Shown here one piece after another: positions 50,631 to 61,552 of a stretch of 64,000 nucleotides of DNA; the first letter of the stretch is position 1, and every line of letters begins with the position of its first letter. This DNA is from Octopus sinensis (taxonomy: Eukaryota): NCBI RefSeq assembly GCF_006345805.1, contig NC_042998.1, forward strand, positions 35,836,001 through 35,900,000, given 5' to 3'. The notes below the pieces were generated by a model. That model had not been told where the DNA came from. It made no database searches and worked only from the letters and a program-made list of their open reading frames with translations. Position numbers and translations under genes: made by a program.

Positions 50631-51130
50631 TGAGGTCTGATTAAAGAAAGTACCAGAACTAGTGGTATAAAAAGAAAACTAGAACACACATCAACTTGGC
50701 ATTGAATCTCCTTTGAAGTTGTCCCCTTTTGAAGGTATACGCTTTATCCAGCATCATTTCCATTGATGGACACATTCCTGGAACTCCCTTTTGGGAATAG
50801 CTGCTTTGTTGCATTCTCTTGGGTTTCATTGACCATCTTGAAATCATGGGTCTTCCACTGCCAAGACTGAGCCTAATCTTGTGCCCGCCTCAATTTGTCA
50901 CCTGATACGACCATCTTCAAAATGTTTTCTTCCTCAGAGATCCTGTGCAGTTGAAACCTGATCTTTCTGAAGTAGATTTTCTACACACTTCTATAAATAA
51001 CAAAAGCGAGTGCAAAACTTAGCGTGCATGCGCGACAGCTGAAGGTCAAGCTGTGCCTAGTGGCTTCACTTTGTTTTATTTTACCTCTGTTACCATAGCA
51101 ACATCCCCAATACTTTTTGATCAGACCTTA
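50631..51130. mobile_element. Tc1/mariner-type non-autonomous element
   Basis: TA-flanked inverted ends TGAGGTCTGATTAAAGAAAGTA and TACTTTTTGATCAGACCTTA. Confidence 0.7.
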
Positions 51131-51794
51131 TACATGACTCAGCATGTTACTAACCTGGCAAGAAAATAGATGGTTTGGAATAGTGTCTTAAGATCATTCG
51201 GGTACAGTCATCTACTGTTAAATGGAGGGTGGGGGCGAAACTTGTGAATATTGAATTCAGTTAGGTTTCGTGACCTTGAAAAAAAAAAAAAAAAACAAAA
51301 CCTAAATAACTTTGATGATTTACCCAATAATTTTATAAGTTGGGATTTTGCCAATTTGTCTTTTCGAAAATAGTAATGATTCTAAGTTTGGAAACAGGTC
51401 ACATCGTCATCTAATGTTTGCTTTCCATGCTGGCATGGGTTGGACAGTTTGACGGGACCTGGTAAGTTGGAGAGTTGCATCTGGCTCTAATTATCTGTTT
51501 TTGGCAGGGTTTCTATGCCTGGATGCTCTTCCTAGCACTAACCTACAAAGTGTACTGGTTTTTTTTCTAATGTGGCACCAGCACAGATTTGTGTGAAGCT
51601 CCAGTACATTACTGGTATAGAATGTCCATAAAAGTCTTCTCTGCTTTGAGACTTGTGAAGACTAGAAAGAAATGGTGAGTATGATATCTGAAAGAGGGAA
51701 GCTGTGTATCAAGATGAATTAGATGCAACATGCAAGAGAGAAGATTGCATTGGTTTGGACATGTGATGCATAAGGATTTTGACAGTTGCATGAA

Positions 51795-52080
51795 TAGTGG
51801 AAGCACATGGCTTAGTGGTTAGAGCAGCGGACTCGCGGTCGAGGAATCACAGGTTCGAATGTCAGACCGGGCGCAAAACACCTAAGCTCCACGCGGCTCC
51901 AGCAGAAGGTAATGGTGAACTTCTGCTGACTCTTTCGCCACAACTTTCTCTCTCTCTTTCCTCCTGCATCTTGCAGCTCATCTGCGACAGACTGGTGTCT
52001 CGTCCTGGTGGGGAACCTATACGCCAAGGAAACCGGGAAATTGGCCCTTATGAGCCAGGCATGGCTCGAGAAGGAACAAA
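51795..52080 (+). mobile_element. Family E SINE inserted in an RTE fragment (51690-52190)
   Basis: TSD AGTTGCATGAA at 51784-51794 and 52081-52091; host reads MQERRLHWFGHVMHKDFDSCM. Confidence 0.88.
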
Positions 52081-52639
52081 AGTTGCATGAAGAAGTGTGG
52101 AGTGTTAGGAGTGGATGGTGTCTGTTGAAGATGAAGAAATACATAGAATGAAGATGGTGGAGATTGATCTCAATATGCTTGGGCCTAAGTTGTACTGCTG
52201 GAGAAAAGCCTACGCTGTTGGACAAGTATGGCAGGGAGAACACTGAAACAGGCGCTGATGGTGGCTAGGATGCCTTTGCGGCAATCCTCTTCTGCTTTCA
52301 CCCTGCTCCTGTTTTATTTCAATGCCTTCTTTTCCATGTCTCCAACCTACTTACCGCCCTTCGTGGCTTCTCTACTTCTATTACCTCAACACCTTTTCAG
52401 CTTCCTTTGACCCACCTCCACTTCCTTAAGACACTTCTCACCTCTCACTGATCCTCTCCCCACAGTTTCTCAACACCAAGCATATAGTCCAGTGCTTTAT
52501 CATTTCTACCACTTTACAACCCTGTTAATAATAATAATAATATAAAAATAATAAAGCTTCCCCCTCCCACCCACAAAAAAATTTGTGTGTGCAAGGCTTG
52601 TAATAAAGAGGGAATAATTTTTTTAATAAAGATGTTTAT

Positions 52640-53046
52640 ATATTATTTACATTATTTACATTTGACGGATATTTGTCCTCATCTTGTTTGTTGTTAACAC
52701 AATGTTTTAGCTGATATACCCTCTAGACTTCATCAGGTGTCTTGGAGAAATTTCGAACCTGGGTTCTCATTCCCAAGGTAGTTTTCGATGTTATTATTCA
52801 GGTCACTGCCTGGAATCGAACTTGGAATCTTGGGGTTAGTAGTTTGCGCTCTTAACCACTATGCCATATGACCATGGGCATATACCAGGTTTGAAACCCA
52901 GGTTTGAAATTTCCCCAAGACACCCGATGAAGGCTGGAGAGTATATCAGCCGAAACGTTGTGTTAACAACAAACAAGATGAGGACAAATATCCGTCAAAT
53001 GTAAATTATCTACATAATTCCTCATCTCTTAAATATAGAACTGTAT
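52640..53046. mobile_element. Family D head-to-head palindromic dimer
   Basis: Full minus arm 52641-52873 and internally deleted plus arm to 53045; flanking direct repeat TAAAG(A/G)TGTTTAT at 52627-52639 and 53047-53059. Confidence 0.85.
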
Positions 53047-53329
53047 TAAAGGTGTTTATTGAGGAAGAATGCAGAATATGAAGTTGTGTGTAATAATATG
53101 AATGTGAAACACAAAGAAGATGGGTGAGTGAAAAAGCAGTTTAGGAATAGGAATGAAACAAGAGGAATATTCAAAAGATTGATCACAAAATTTCAAGGTT
53201 TAAATTTGCTGTCATGTTAGACATAAAATGACGATGGCGATGATAGATGAATAATTAGTAATTTTGTTTCTAATTGTGATAAATAAAACTTGTGTTTGAA
53301 AATTTAGATTTCAATTTTACTTTCTACAG

Positions 53330-53456
53330 TTTTGGAGTGTTTCCATTAGAAGTACCGAGTCCTCAAGAGAGTGTGCCCTATATTACTCAAGTTACTCCTG
53401 TTGGTCTTTCAGAGAATTTAGTTTCTGATCAACCCCGTGCACCCCGGGGTCAAAAG
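53330..53456 (+). CDS. CDC27: CDC27 exon 8
   Basis: cag|T TTT GGA...AAG|gtggaa; SFGVFPLEVPSPQESVPYITQVTP...APRGQK. Confidence 0.88.
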
Positions 53457-53911
53457 GTGGAAATTCTTTTTTTACTCATCTATCCTTGAATTTTTCTTCT
53501 TTTCCATAATGTAAATTGGGAATGTTATTGTAGGTGATCTATTTTCACCATCATTTTCTATTGAGTTCCTCTATTGTATAAAGTCCAATTGCTCCTTAAA
53601 TCTCTCTAAATGGAGCAATGCCTTCAGGAATTATCCCAATGTTCAAATAGGCATTGATGTTTAAAACGATATTGGAGAAGATTTAATTAAAGCATTCATG
53701 ATGCTATTCTGTCTGCTTCTATGATAGCAAAATAATAGAAAACTTTATTAAAGGTTAAACTGCAAACTTTCTTGATGAAATTGGTAAAATATATTTGGAA
53801 AAGTAAAAACGAAACTTACTCTTGAATTTTAGAATTTGATGATATTGCCGTTGTTTTGTATATCTTTTTGATATTTTTAACACGTAGTTATTTTGTTAAC
53901 TTAATTTTTAG

Positions 53912-54030
53912 CCTGTTACACGTAGAAGTCAAAACCAAAACCTTCATCCCTCCATACCAAAGCCGACAGTTTTTAGTCAATCAGGCAACACCAACACGCG
54001 AGAACTGGCTACTTCTAATCAACAGTCAGG
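53912..54030 (+). CDS. CDC27: CDC27 exon 9
   Basis: tag|CCT...TCAGG|gtaagc; PVTRRSQNQNLHPSIPKPTVFSQSGNTNTRELATSNQQS, contains conserved VFSQSGN motif. Confidence 0.9.
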
Positions 54031-54276
54031 GTAAGCTTCAACAATGTCACCTTTTATATCTGTGTTGTGAATTAAAAAGAAAATCTTTATAACTTGCATT
54101 GTGAGGGTGGATTGGGTTGTTCTTGGAAAATATCAGTTATTTAACCCTTTAACATTCAGTTTACCTTTGCCTTTCATCCTTTTGGGGGTTGATTAAATAA
54201 CTACCAGTTATACACTGGAGTTGATATAATCGACTTAATCCCTTTGTCTTTCCTTGTTTGTCTCCTCTATGCTTAG

Positions 54277-54793
54277 ACGCTGGTGAGACCCATATTGGAG
54301 TACGGGATTCAAGCCTCTTCTCCTTATCTCCTCAAAGACATACAGCATCTCGAAAGAGTCCAGAAGCTGGCTACTCGCATGGTTCATGGTCTCAAAAATT
54401 TGTCCTATGAAGAAAGGCTGAGGACGCTCGACCTTTATTCTCTTGAAAAACGCCGCCGCCGTGGTGATCTCATTCTCGCCCACAACATCATAAGCGGAAA
54501 GTGTAACCTCTTGAAAGAGCTGTTCTTCACTCCTGCTCCAGAGCGTCGGCTGCGGGGTCATTCCGAAAAGCTCTACTTGCGACGATTTCATCGCAATCGA
54601 AGGAGAGGAGCTTTCTCCGTCCGGGTTGCGGATCCGTGGAACAAGCTGCCAGACGAGATGGTGAAGATGCTGACGACCGCTTTGTTCAAAGCCTCCCTTG
54701 ACCTCAAGTGGCCTGAACTCTTTACATGAACACCACCCTGTACTTAACTCCATGTCCCCCTACATGGCCTTGCTATTTGCTTTTGAGCCAAAT

Positions 54794-54828
<35 letters not shown>
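54277..54828 (+). mobile_element. Young CR1-group LINE 3' fragment nested in a family C SINE
   Basis: Uninterrupted frame 54283-54729 (RPILEYG...FSVRVADPWNKLP), long (TAAC)n tail; family C tail resumes at 54829. Confidence 0.92.
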
Positions 54829-54829
<1 letters not shown>

Positions 54830-55103
54830 CCCTGTGGGCAATAAAGAAATAAATATGGTAATCCATGAGGTGCAACTGAGACTAAATTATAATTTTTTTA
54901 AAAATCTGAAATGGTGTTACAAAGGTACATTGTTTGCTATTCATTGTGATTGGAATCTCTTTATCCTCTAAAATCTAAAGAATGCTCCCATTATACTCAA
55001 GTATATTTGAAACTAGTAAAGTGTAATATATACTGTTTACTCACAAAATATTCATTTCTTAATTTCTGAATTTTTATGACCAAATAATTTCGTTTGCTTC
55101 CAG

Positions 55104-55170
55104 GTTGCAGACTAATGTAACAAATGTTCGTCGCAGTCAAAGATTATTTGGGAATTCTAGCTCTGTTAAA
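55104..55170 (+). CDS. CDC27: CDC27 exon 10
   Basis: cag|G TTG...AAA|gtaatt; LQTNVTNVRRSQRLFGNSSSVK, like the CDC27 RRSSRLF motif. Confidence 0.9.
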
Positions 55171-55274
55171 GTAATTATTTTTTTCTTTCTTCATTGTCTT
55201 TGGTTTTATTTAATTGCATGTGCTTTACTTTTATCATTTTATATAATCTTTGGAAGAATTTGCAATGTTTACAT

Positions 55275-55680
55275 ATTTTCATCATCATCACAGGAGACAA
55301 TGGAGTTGCGCATAAAATAATCCAGTCTGGTTTTTACATTTCTGCCACTTCTTACAGCAGCACTGAAGTGTCCTCTCCAGTTTGTGCAGGCCTGGGCTAG
55401 ATGTAAGAAAACCCTGGGTAGCCCAATCGTCAGGATTCTTCTCTTGACCTTACTGACGTAGTCCAAAGGAGTGCAGAGCATTGCATTTTGCACCAGCTTG
55501 GTTGCAGGAGCTGTCATAAGAGTGTCGAGTCGAACACTAAACCACCTATGGGGCTCCACTCCGGATTTCTTTGAAGGTTGTCTCCTTTCCGTAACCCTGG
55601 ATAGAGGCCCATACCGGGTACTGTCAGCTGAGCCTGAGACTCGTGTCAGTCAGGGTTGTCACTCCCTGAAGTAGTGAAGA
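55275..55680 (-). mobile_element. Probable RTE-derived non-autonomous element
   Basis: GC-richer block with motifs cactgaagtgtcctctccag, gtccaaagga, gcaccagcttggttgcaggag and gctccactccggattt that I recall from RTE-related repeats; (GAT)n at the minus-strand 3' end. Confidence 0.5.
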
Positions 55681-56035
55681 AAATCGCTACCCACTACCAT
55701 AAATAGAATAAGTACCAGGCTTAAAAAAAAGTACTGGAGCTGAGGTGGGGGTGGTTTGTTTGATTGAAATCCTTCAAGGCGGTGCCTCAGCATGGCCCCA
55801 GTCTAATGATAATAGTGAACTTGTATACGGTGCTTAGAGGCACTTTAGCTCCTCAGAAAAAGTAAGCAAAAATGTATGAACAGTAAAAGATATTTGTAAC
55901 TATGAAAATTGTGAATGATCTTTGTTTTTGTATATTGATTGTGGAATTCTGATTGTTGTAGTTCTGATTGCTAAAACAAACCAAGGTATTTATTTGAATT
56001 GATTTAAAAAAAAAATGTTTGCTTTGAAACTTTAG

Positions 56036-56234
56036 GAAAACAACAAAAGTCAGAGTAAGTCACGCTTCACAAGTCCCAAGTCTGGTACTAGAAAGTCTAA
56101 GAGCAAACTGAGCAAGTCACAGCAAGAAATGAACGAGATCAACAAAGGAGAGAACATCCTTGATTGTAAGCAGTCTTGTGGTTATGATGGCCCTAACTAT
56201 TCCCAGTTGGCCCATATGAGACAACAGTCACTAG
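56036..56234 (+). CDS. CDC27: CDC27 exon 11
   Basis: tag|GAA AAC...CTAG|gtaggt; ENNKSQSKSRFTSPKSGTRKSKSK...QLAHMRQQSL; phases consistent with both neighbours. Confidence 0.88.
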
Positions 56235-56496
56235 GTAGGTTGCTACTTGCTTTCACTTGTTTTTTTTAATCAGAAATTGTTGGTTTCAGTCTTGCAGCTT
56301 TGTGCTCCCCCCACCCCTGCTTTTCATACTTTTATATACTGTCACTGCTACTCACTTGTGGGGTCACAAGTTCATAAGTTGTGATAATAGATTTTAGTCT
56401 CATTTCATACAGTTTTTTTTTGTCTTTCATCTTTTGTTTCATTCATTACATGTGGGTGGAGTGGACTGTAGGCGTGTGTGTGTGTGTGGGTAGACC

Positions 56497-56765
56497 GGGT
56501 GTGTGTGGGGCAGACTGTGGCCATGTGGGGGCAGACTGGCTGTGTGGTGGAAGGCTGTGGACATGCAGGGGCAGACTGGCAGTAAGCTGTGGTCATGCAG
56601 GGGCAGACTGGCCGTGTGGTGGCAGACTGTGGCCATGCAGGAGCAGACTGGCCGTGTGGTGGCAGACTGTGGCCATGCAGGAGCAGACTGGCCGTGTGTG
56701 TGTGTGTGTGTGGGGCAGACTGTGGCCATGTTCGGGGCTGACTGACTGGTTATGCAGGGACAGAC
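56497..56765. repeat. ~38-bp minisatellite in CDC27 intron 11
   Basis: About 6 copies of ggcagactgtggccatgcagg(g/a)gcagactggccgtgtggt. Confidence 0.9.
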
Positions 56766-57414
56766 TTGTATTGGTGTCTTTTGATGAACCACTAAGTTAC
56801 AGGGGTGTAAACACACCAACACTACTTGTCAATCAGTGGTGGGACACACATACACATGAATGTAGTGGGTGCTTTTACGTGCCACCAGCACGAGGGCCAG
56901 TTAAGTGGTACTGGCAATGGCCACGCGCAAATGTTTTTTTTCATGTGCCATCAGCACAAGTGCTAGTAAGGCGACACAGGTAACGATCACCATACTAGCA
57001 CTATTTCTAAAAAGCCAGTGGAGGTACAATTACTGCTAGAAATAACAACCAAAACTTCCTTAGTGCACACCTTGTTTATGTGCAAGGAATGTTGGATATT
57101 CATCGCTTGAACATCTTTAATTACTGGTCTTCTTGGTCGTAGTTGATGTGGTTCTAAATAGCAACCTGCAATGTGACAAAACCCCATTACTCTTTGTCTG
57201 CGAGACCAAGATTTGATCTTCTCAGGCCAATATGAAAGTATTTAACAACACACAAGTTTATAATATAGGCAATAAGCATACACGAGTGATGAAAATCTAA
57301 GAGAGCTGGATATATTACTAATCTGGATTTATTTAGTTCACTGGTTCTCAGCTGGGATCCTTATGATCCTTGAGGGACCATAATAACTTTTGTGCAATAA
57401 ATTGGTTATTCTTT

Positions 57415-58057
57415 ATTTACCATAGATGGACAGGTGTTCTCATCTTGTTTGCTGTTACGGTTCGGCTGGTGTATTCTCCAGCCTTCATCAGGTGTTCTGG
57501 TGGAATTTCAAACCCAACCCCCAAGTTTTGACTAATGGGCTACTCTGTTCTCATTCCTAAGGTAGTCTTGTTTTGCTGAGGTTATCTTTTGTTGATTATC
57601 ATTTCCCAAGTCCTTGCCTCGGATTGAACTCAGAATCCGAGGGTTAGTAGCTAGTGCTCTTATCCATTATGCTATATTCCTGTAGGCAATTACAGAGTGA
57701 ATTTTGGGGCTTATAAACCTAATATTTTATCTTTTCTTAATACTGGTTCCCATATTACGTTCATATCTGCACTAGGTCTGCTTAGGAGGTTATTGTATCC
57801 AAGCATATGTCCAAACAGGGACTTGGGAAATACTATCAACAAAAAATAACATAAGCTAAGCAAGAATACCTTAGGAATGAGAACAGAATAGCCCATTAGT
57901 CAAATAAAGGGTTGGGTTCGAAATTCTACCAGAACACCTGATGAAGGTTGGAAAGTACATCAGCCAAAACGTTGTGGTAACAGCAAACAAGGTGAGGAGA
58001 AATATCCGTCCATGGTAAATAATGTACATAATTCCTCATCTCCGGAATATAAAATAG
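57415..58057. mobile_element. Family D (diverged subfamily) inverted dimer inserted in a hAT-like MITE
   Basis: Minus arm ~57415-57685 with tRNA head, plus arm ~57815-58057 with hammerhead core CTGATGA at 57938; flanking repeat TAAATTGGT(T/A)AT(T/A)CTTT at 57398-57414 and 58058-58074. Confidence 0.8.
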
Positions 58058-58347
58058 TAAATTGGTAATACTTTTGCAATACTCGAATATTTTAAGCATT
58101 ATTTTTATACAATTCCTACTAATATGGCGGTGCCCCAGCATGGCCACAGCTCATGAGCTGAAACTAGAATCAATCAATCAATCAATATAAAAGTACAATA
58201 GGATTTTTAAAACATGGAATGGCTATGAGGGTCCACCTGATCCAGAGGTATGGTTGAGTACCACCAAGTTATTCCGTTCACCCATAGAGGTCTGTAGCTG
58301 CAATTCTGTTGTAAGGAATGTGTTGATGTTGAAATAGTAAGTTTGAT

Positions 58348-58720
58348 ACATTATTTACATTTGACGGATATTTGTCTTCATCTTTCAGAGATTTATTATT
58401 GTCTTCATCTTGTTTGTTGTTAATATACCCTCCAGCCTTCATCAGGTGTCTTGGGCATACAGCATAGTGGTTAAGAGTGCAGGCTACTAACCCCAAGATT
58501 CTGAATTCGATTCCAGGGAGTGACCTAAATAATAATAATAATAATAACATTGAAAAATACCTTAGGAATGAGAACCGAGGTTCGAAATTTCCCCAAGACA
58601 CCTGATGAAGGCTGGAGGGTATATCAGCCGAAATGTTGTGTGAACAACAAACAAGATGAGGACAAATATCCGTCACATGTAAATAATGTACATAATTCCT
58701 CATCTGTTAAATATAGAACA
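58348..58720. mobile_element. Family D inverted dimer just upstream of CDC27 exon 12
   Basis: Truncated minus arm 58348-58455 joined to full plus arm 58453-58720; flanking repeat AGTAA(G/T)TTTGAT at 58336-58347 and 58720-58731. Confidence 0.85.
58597..58641 (+). ncRNA. Minimal type I hammerhead ribozyme motif (best-preserved family D copy)
   Basis: (G)ACAC-CTGATGA-A-GGCTG-loop-CAGCC-GAA-ATGT-T-GTGT: stem I ACAC/GTGT, 5-bp stem II, intact core; stem III is ACGT in the copies at ~52955 and ~57969. Confidence 0.7.
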
Positions 58721-58755
58721 GTAATTTTGATTTTTGTTTTGCTTTGAAATTTTAG

Positions 58756-58928
58756 CTGGTATACTGAAACTGCTGCAAAGTATGGGGCGAGCATTCCAGG
58801 CTCTGACACAGTACGAGTGTAAACGGGCTATTGAATTGCTCAGTGAGTTACCACAACACCAGTACCAGACTGGCTGGGTCCTTTGCCAAGTGGCTAGAGC
58901 CTACTTTGAGCTAAACAATTACATTCAA
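58756..58928 (+). CDS. CDC27: CDC27 exon 12
   Basis: tag|CT GGT...CAA|gtaagt; AGILKLLQSMGRAFQALTQYECKRAIELLSELPQHQYQTGWVLCQVARAYFELNNYIQ (C-terminal TPR block). Confidence 0.96.
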
Positions 58929-59564
58929 GTAAGTATCACATTTTCACAACTGGGCACAATGGTTATCGAGGTGTTAGTTCACATAGTGTAACTATTGCTT
59001 TGTGGGTTTTTTTTGTGCAAGGTAAATAACTCTGTTTGCCTCAATCTCTCTTCACATCAGGTTGTTCCATTTGCAATTTAACATCTAAGCGGTTAGTGAT
59101 ATGAAGAGATATATCTAACTGTAAATAAATTTTCTCCTTCAAATATGATGTCCAAGTTTGCAAAAGCATTCTACATATGGCAGCATTGAAAAATAGCTGT
59201 GAACAAAAAAAGTACTGAAAATTGAATTCTTTTAATGTTTTCTTCATGACATCATGTTTAATAAGTTCATCATCATCGTCATTCAACGTCCATGTTCTAA
59301 CTGATGCTGACTTTCTTGGATCACTTTAGTTCAGCAATGTATAAACAACTGTTTTCTTGTAATTTAGCTGTTTCTCCCTTTTGCAAATGAAGAAAATAGC
59401 CAAAACATTTGCATATATCACTATAAGACAATTTTAAGAAGCTTGTTTATTTCTTTTGTCCAACAGTTATTTCAATATTGTTTAAAATTTATTCATCCCC
59501 TCCTTTATCAGCCAAGCTATATGGTGGGGTTGCCACTCTTGTGGTGGACTCCTTTTCTCTGGAC

Positions 59565-59843
59565 AACGTCGCTTTACTGGCACCTGTGCTGGTGGCATGT
59601 GTAAAAAGATTTGAGCGAGGTCATTGCCAGTACCGCCTGACTGGCCCCGTGCCGGTGGCACATAAAAAGCACCCACTATACTCTCGGAGTGGTTGACGTT
59701 AAGAAGGGCATCCAGCTGTAGAAACTCTGCCAGATCAGACTGGAGTCTGATGCAGCCAGTGGCTCTCCAGACCTCAGTCATTCGTCCAACCCATGCTAGC
59801 ATGGAAAGCAGACGTTAAACGATGATGATGATGATGATGATGA
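59565..59843 (+). mobile_element. Family A RTE 3' end
   Basis: Conserved motif and long (GAT)n tail. Confidence 0.82.
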
Positions 59844-60012
59844 CAATCGATTGCAAAGCATAATGATTTTCAACTCCATATTGCTACTCATTAACCATCA
59901 GACACAATATTAATCAACCAGAAATGGGTCTTGGTAAAGCTGACAAAGACAAATGGCAACTGAATCTGAACACTACAGGGAACTAATGACAGATTCAAAC
60001 TGTGCTATTTAA

Positions 60013-60495
60013 CCCTTTAGCTTTCAAATTAAATTGTATTATAATTCTTATTTATTGGCATTCTTTCAAATTAATGTAGCATTATCTTGGTACCTCTGAG
60101 ATTTTTTGAGCGTGGTAAAAACAACATCCGAGCATGGTCGTTACCAGTGCTGCCGGACTGGCTCCCATGCAGGTAACACGTAAAAAACACCTTTTGAGTG
60201 TGGTTGTTGCCACAACCGCCTGACTGGCCCTCGTGCCAGTGGCACATAAAAAGCACCCACTACACTCTTGGAGTGGTTGGCACTAGGAAGGGCATCCAGC
60301 TGTAGAAACTTTGTCAGATCAGATTGGAGCCTGGTGCAACCTTCTGGCTCACCAGTCCTCAGTCGAACCGTCCAACCCATGCCAGTATGAAAAACGGGCA
60401 TTAAATGATGATGACGATGCTGATGATTGTAAGGTAGCTGTGAGAAACCCTGTTGGCTGTTTTGGCCAGGTTTGGCTGGCTTAAAAGCTAAAGGG
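60013..60495. mobile_element. piggyBac-type MITE interrupted by a family A RTE end (60108-60425)
   Basis: TTAA|CCCTTTAGCTTT ... AAAGCTAAAGGG|TTTA; body homologous to 61553-61770. Confidence 0.75.
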
Positions 60496-60879
60496 TTTAG
60501 TTTCTGCTTTGTATAACAAAATCCTGTTCCTAATGGCCTCAACACTGCAGACTCGCTTCCTCATGGTTTCTGTAACAATGCCCTGTGTTTGGCCTTGGTC
60601 ACAGCACATTGCTAGTAATAGAGCAGAAAATTATGAGGAGCTTGACCCACCGACATGGCCAGCTGCAGCTCTCATACTCTGGAACATATCAGTGAAACAT
60701 GTTGCAGAATCCTGATTCTTGATACTGGAGATGATGCTCTGGCAATCATAGAAAGCGATATTTGTGTAGTGATGTTAGCTTAATGTTCATCTATAATTCA
60801 TTGCTCTGTTGTACCAAGTCTCGTACTTGACATATATTTACTTGGACCCTTTTGTATCATTTGTCGCTCTCCCCTCTTC

Positions 60880-61160
60880 TGTTGAAATCTTGTGGCCTAT
60901 TCAGTTGGCCAGATCTACCTCAATGCCATAGCAACTACCCTCACACCATCTTGCCATCTTGCCCTGTTTTGGGCATCCTCCCTTCTCAACCCTCCTAATC
61001 TCCTCCTCCACCTGTCCCGTCCATGTTTTCTTCGGTCTACCTTGCCTTTGCAGCCCATTTACCTCAAACTTAAGCACCCTCCTCAGAACATGCTCCTCAT
61101 CCCTCCTCAACACATGTCCATACCACCACACTCCATTCACCCTTGCCAGCCGTTCCACCG
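60880..61160 (-). mobile_element. RTE LINE 3' ORF fragment
   Basis: LARVNGVWWYGHVLRRDEEHVLRRVLKFEVNGLQRQGRPKKTW. Confidence 0.8.
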
Positions 61161-61552
61161 AATATTCATGTTTGCTTAACTCAAGATGAGGGCTTGCACC
61201 TTCCTTTTTTGAGGTAGACAGGTGCAGCTCACCCCCACCTTTGGGCTGGCTGGTGCCCATTCTCCTTTGCTACATGAAGCTTTCTTGGAGCTGGATTTTC
61301 TACGGGGAGCAGCCCTTGCTTATCCCCAACCTCATTTTCTAGACATGAGTGGTCCCAAGACCAAGGCCTTTACCATGATTTTTAAGAAATGTGGTGGAAA
61401 ACTAGCTCAGTGGAGGCAGAGACGCTACTCCCTGAGACCCCTTTCGGAGCCCCCTACCTGAATCAGTATTTAATTACACTGGGAAGTAGCTTTGATCTCT
61501 GACTGGATTAAGTGGCTAAAATCTTTGTTACAGGTTAATTTTCTGTCTTTAG

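Noticed and set aside
57000-57200. Possible piggyBac C-terminal remnant on the minus strand
   Set aside because: Similarity too weak; no TIR or catalytic motif
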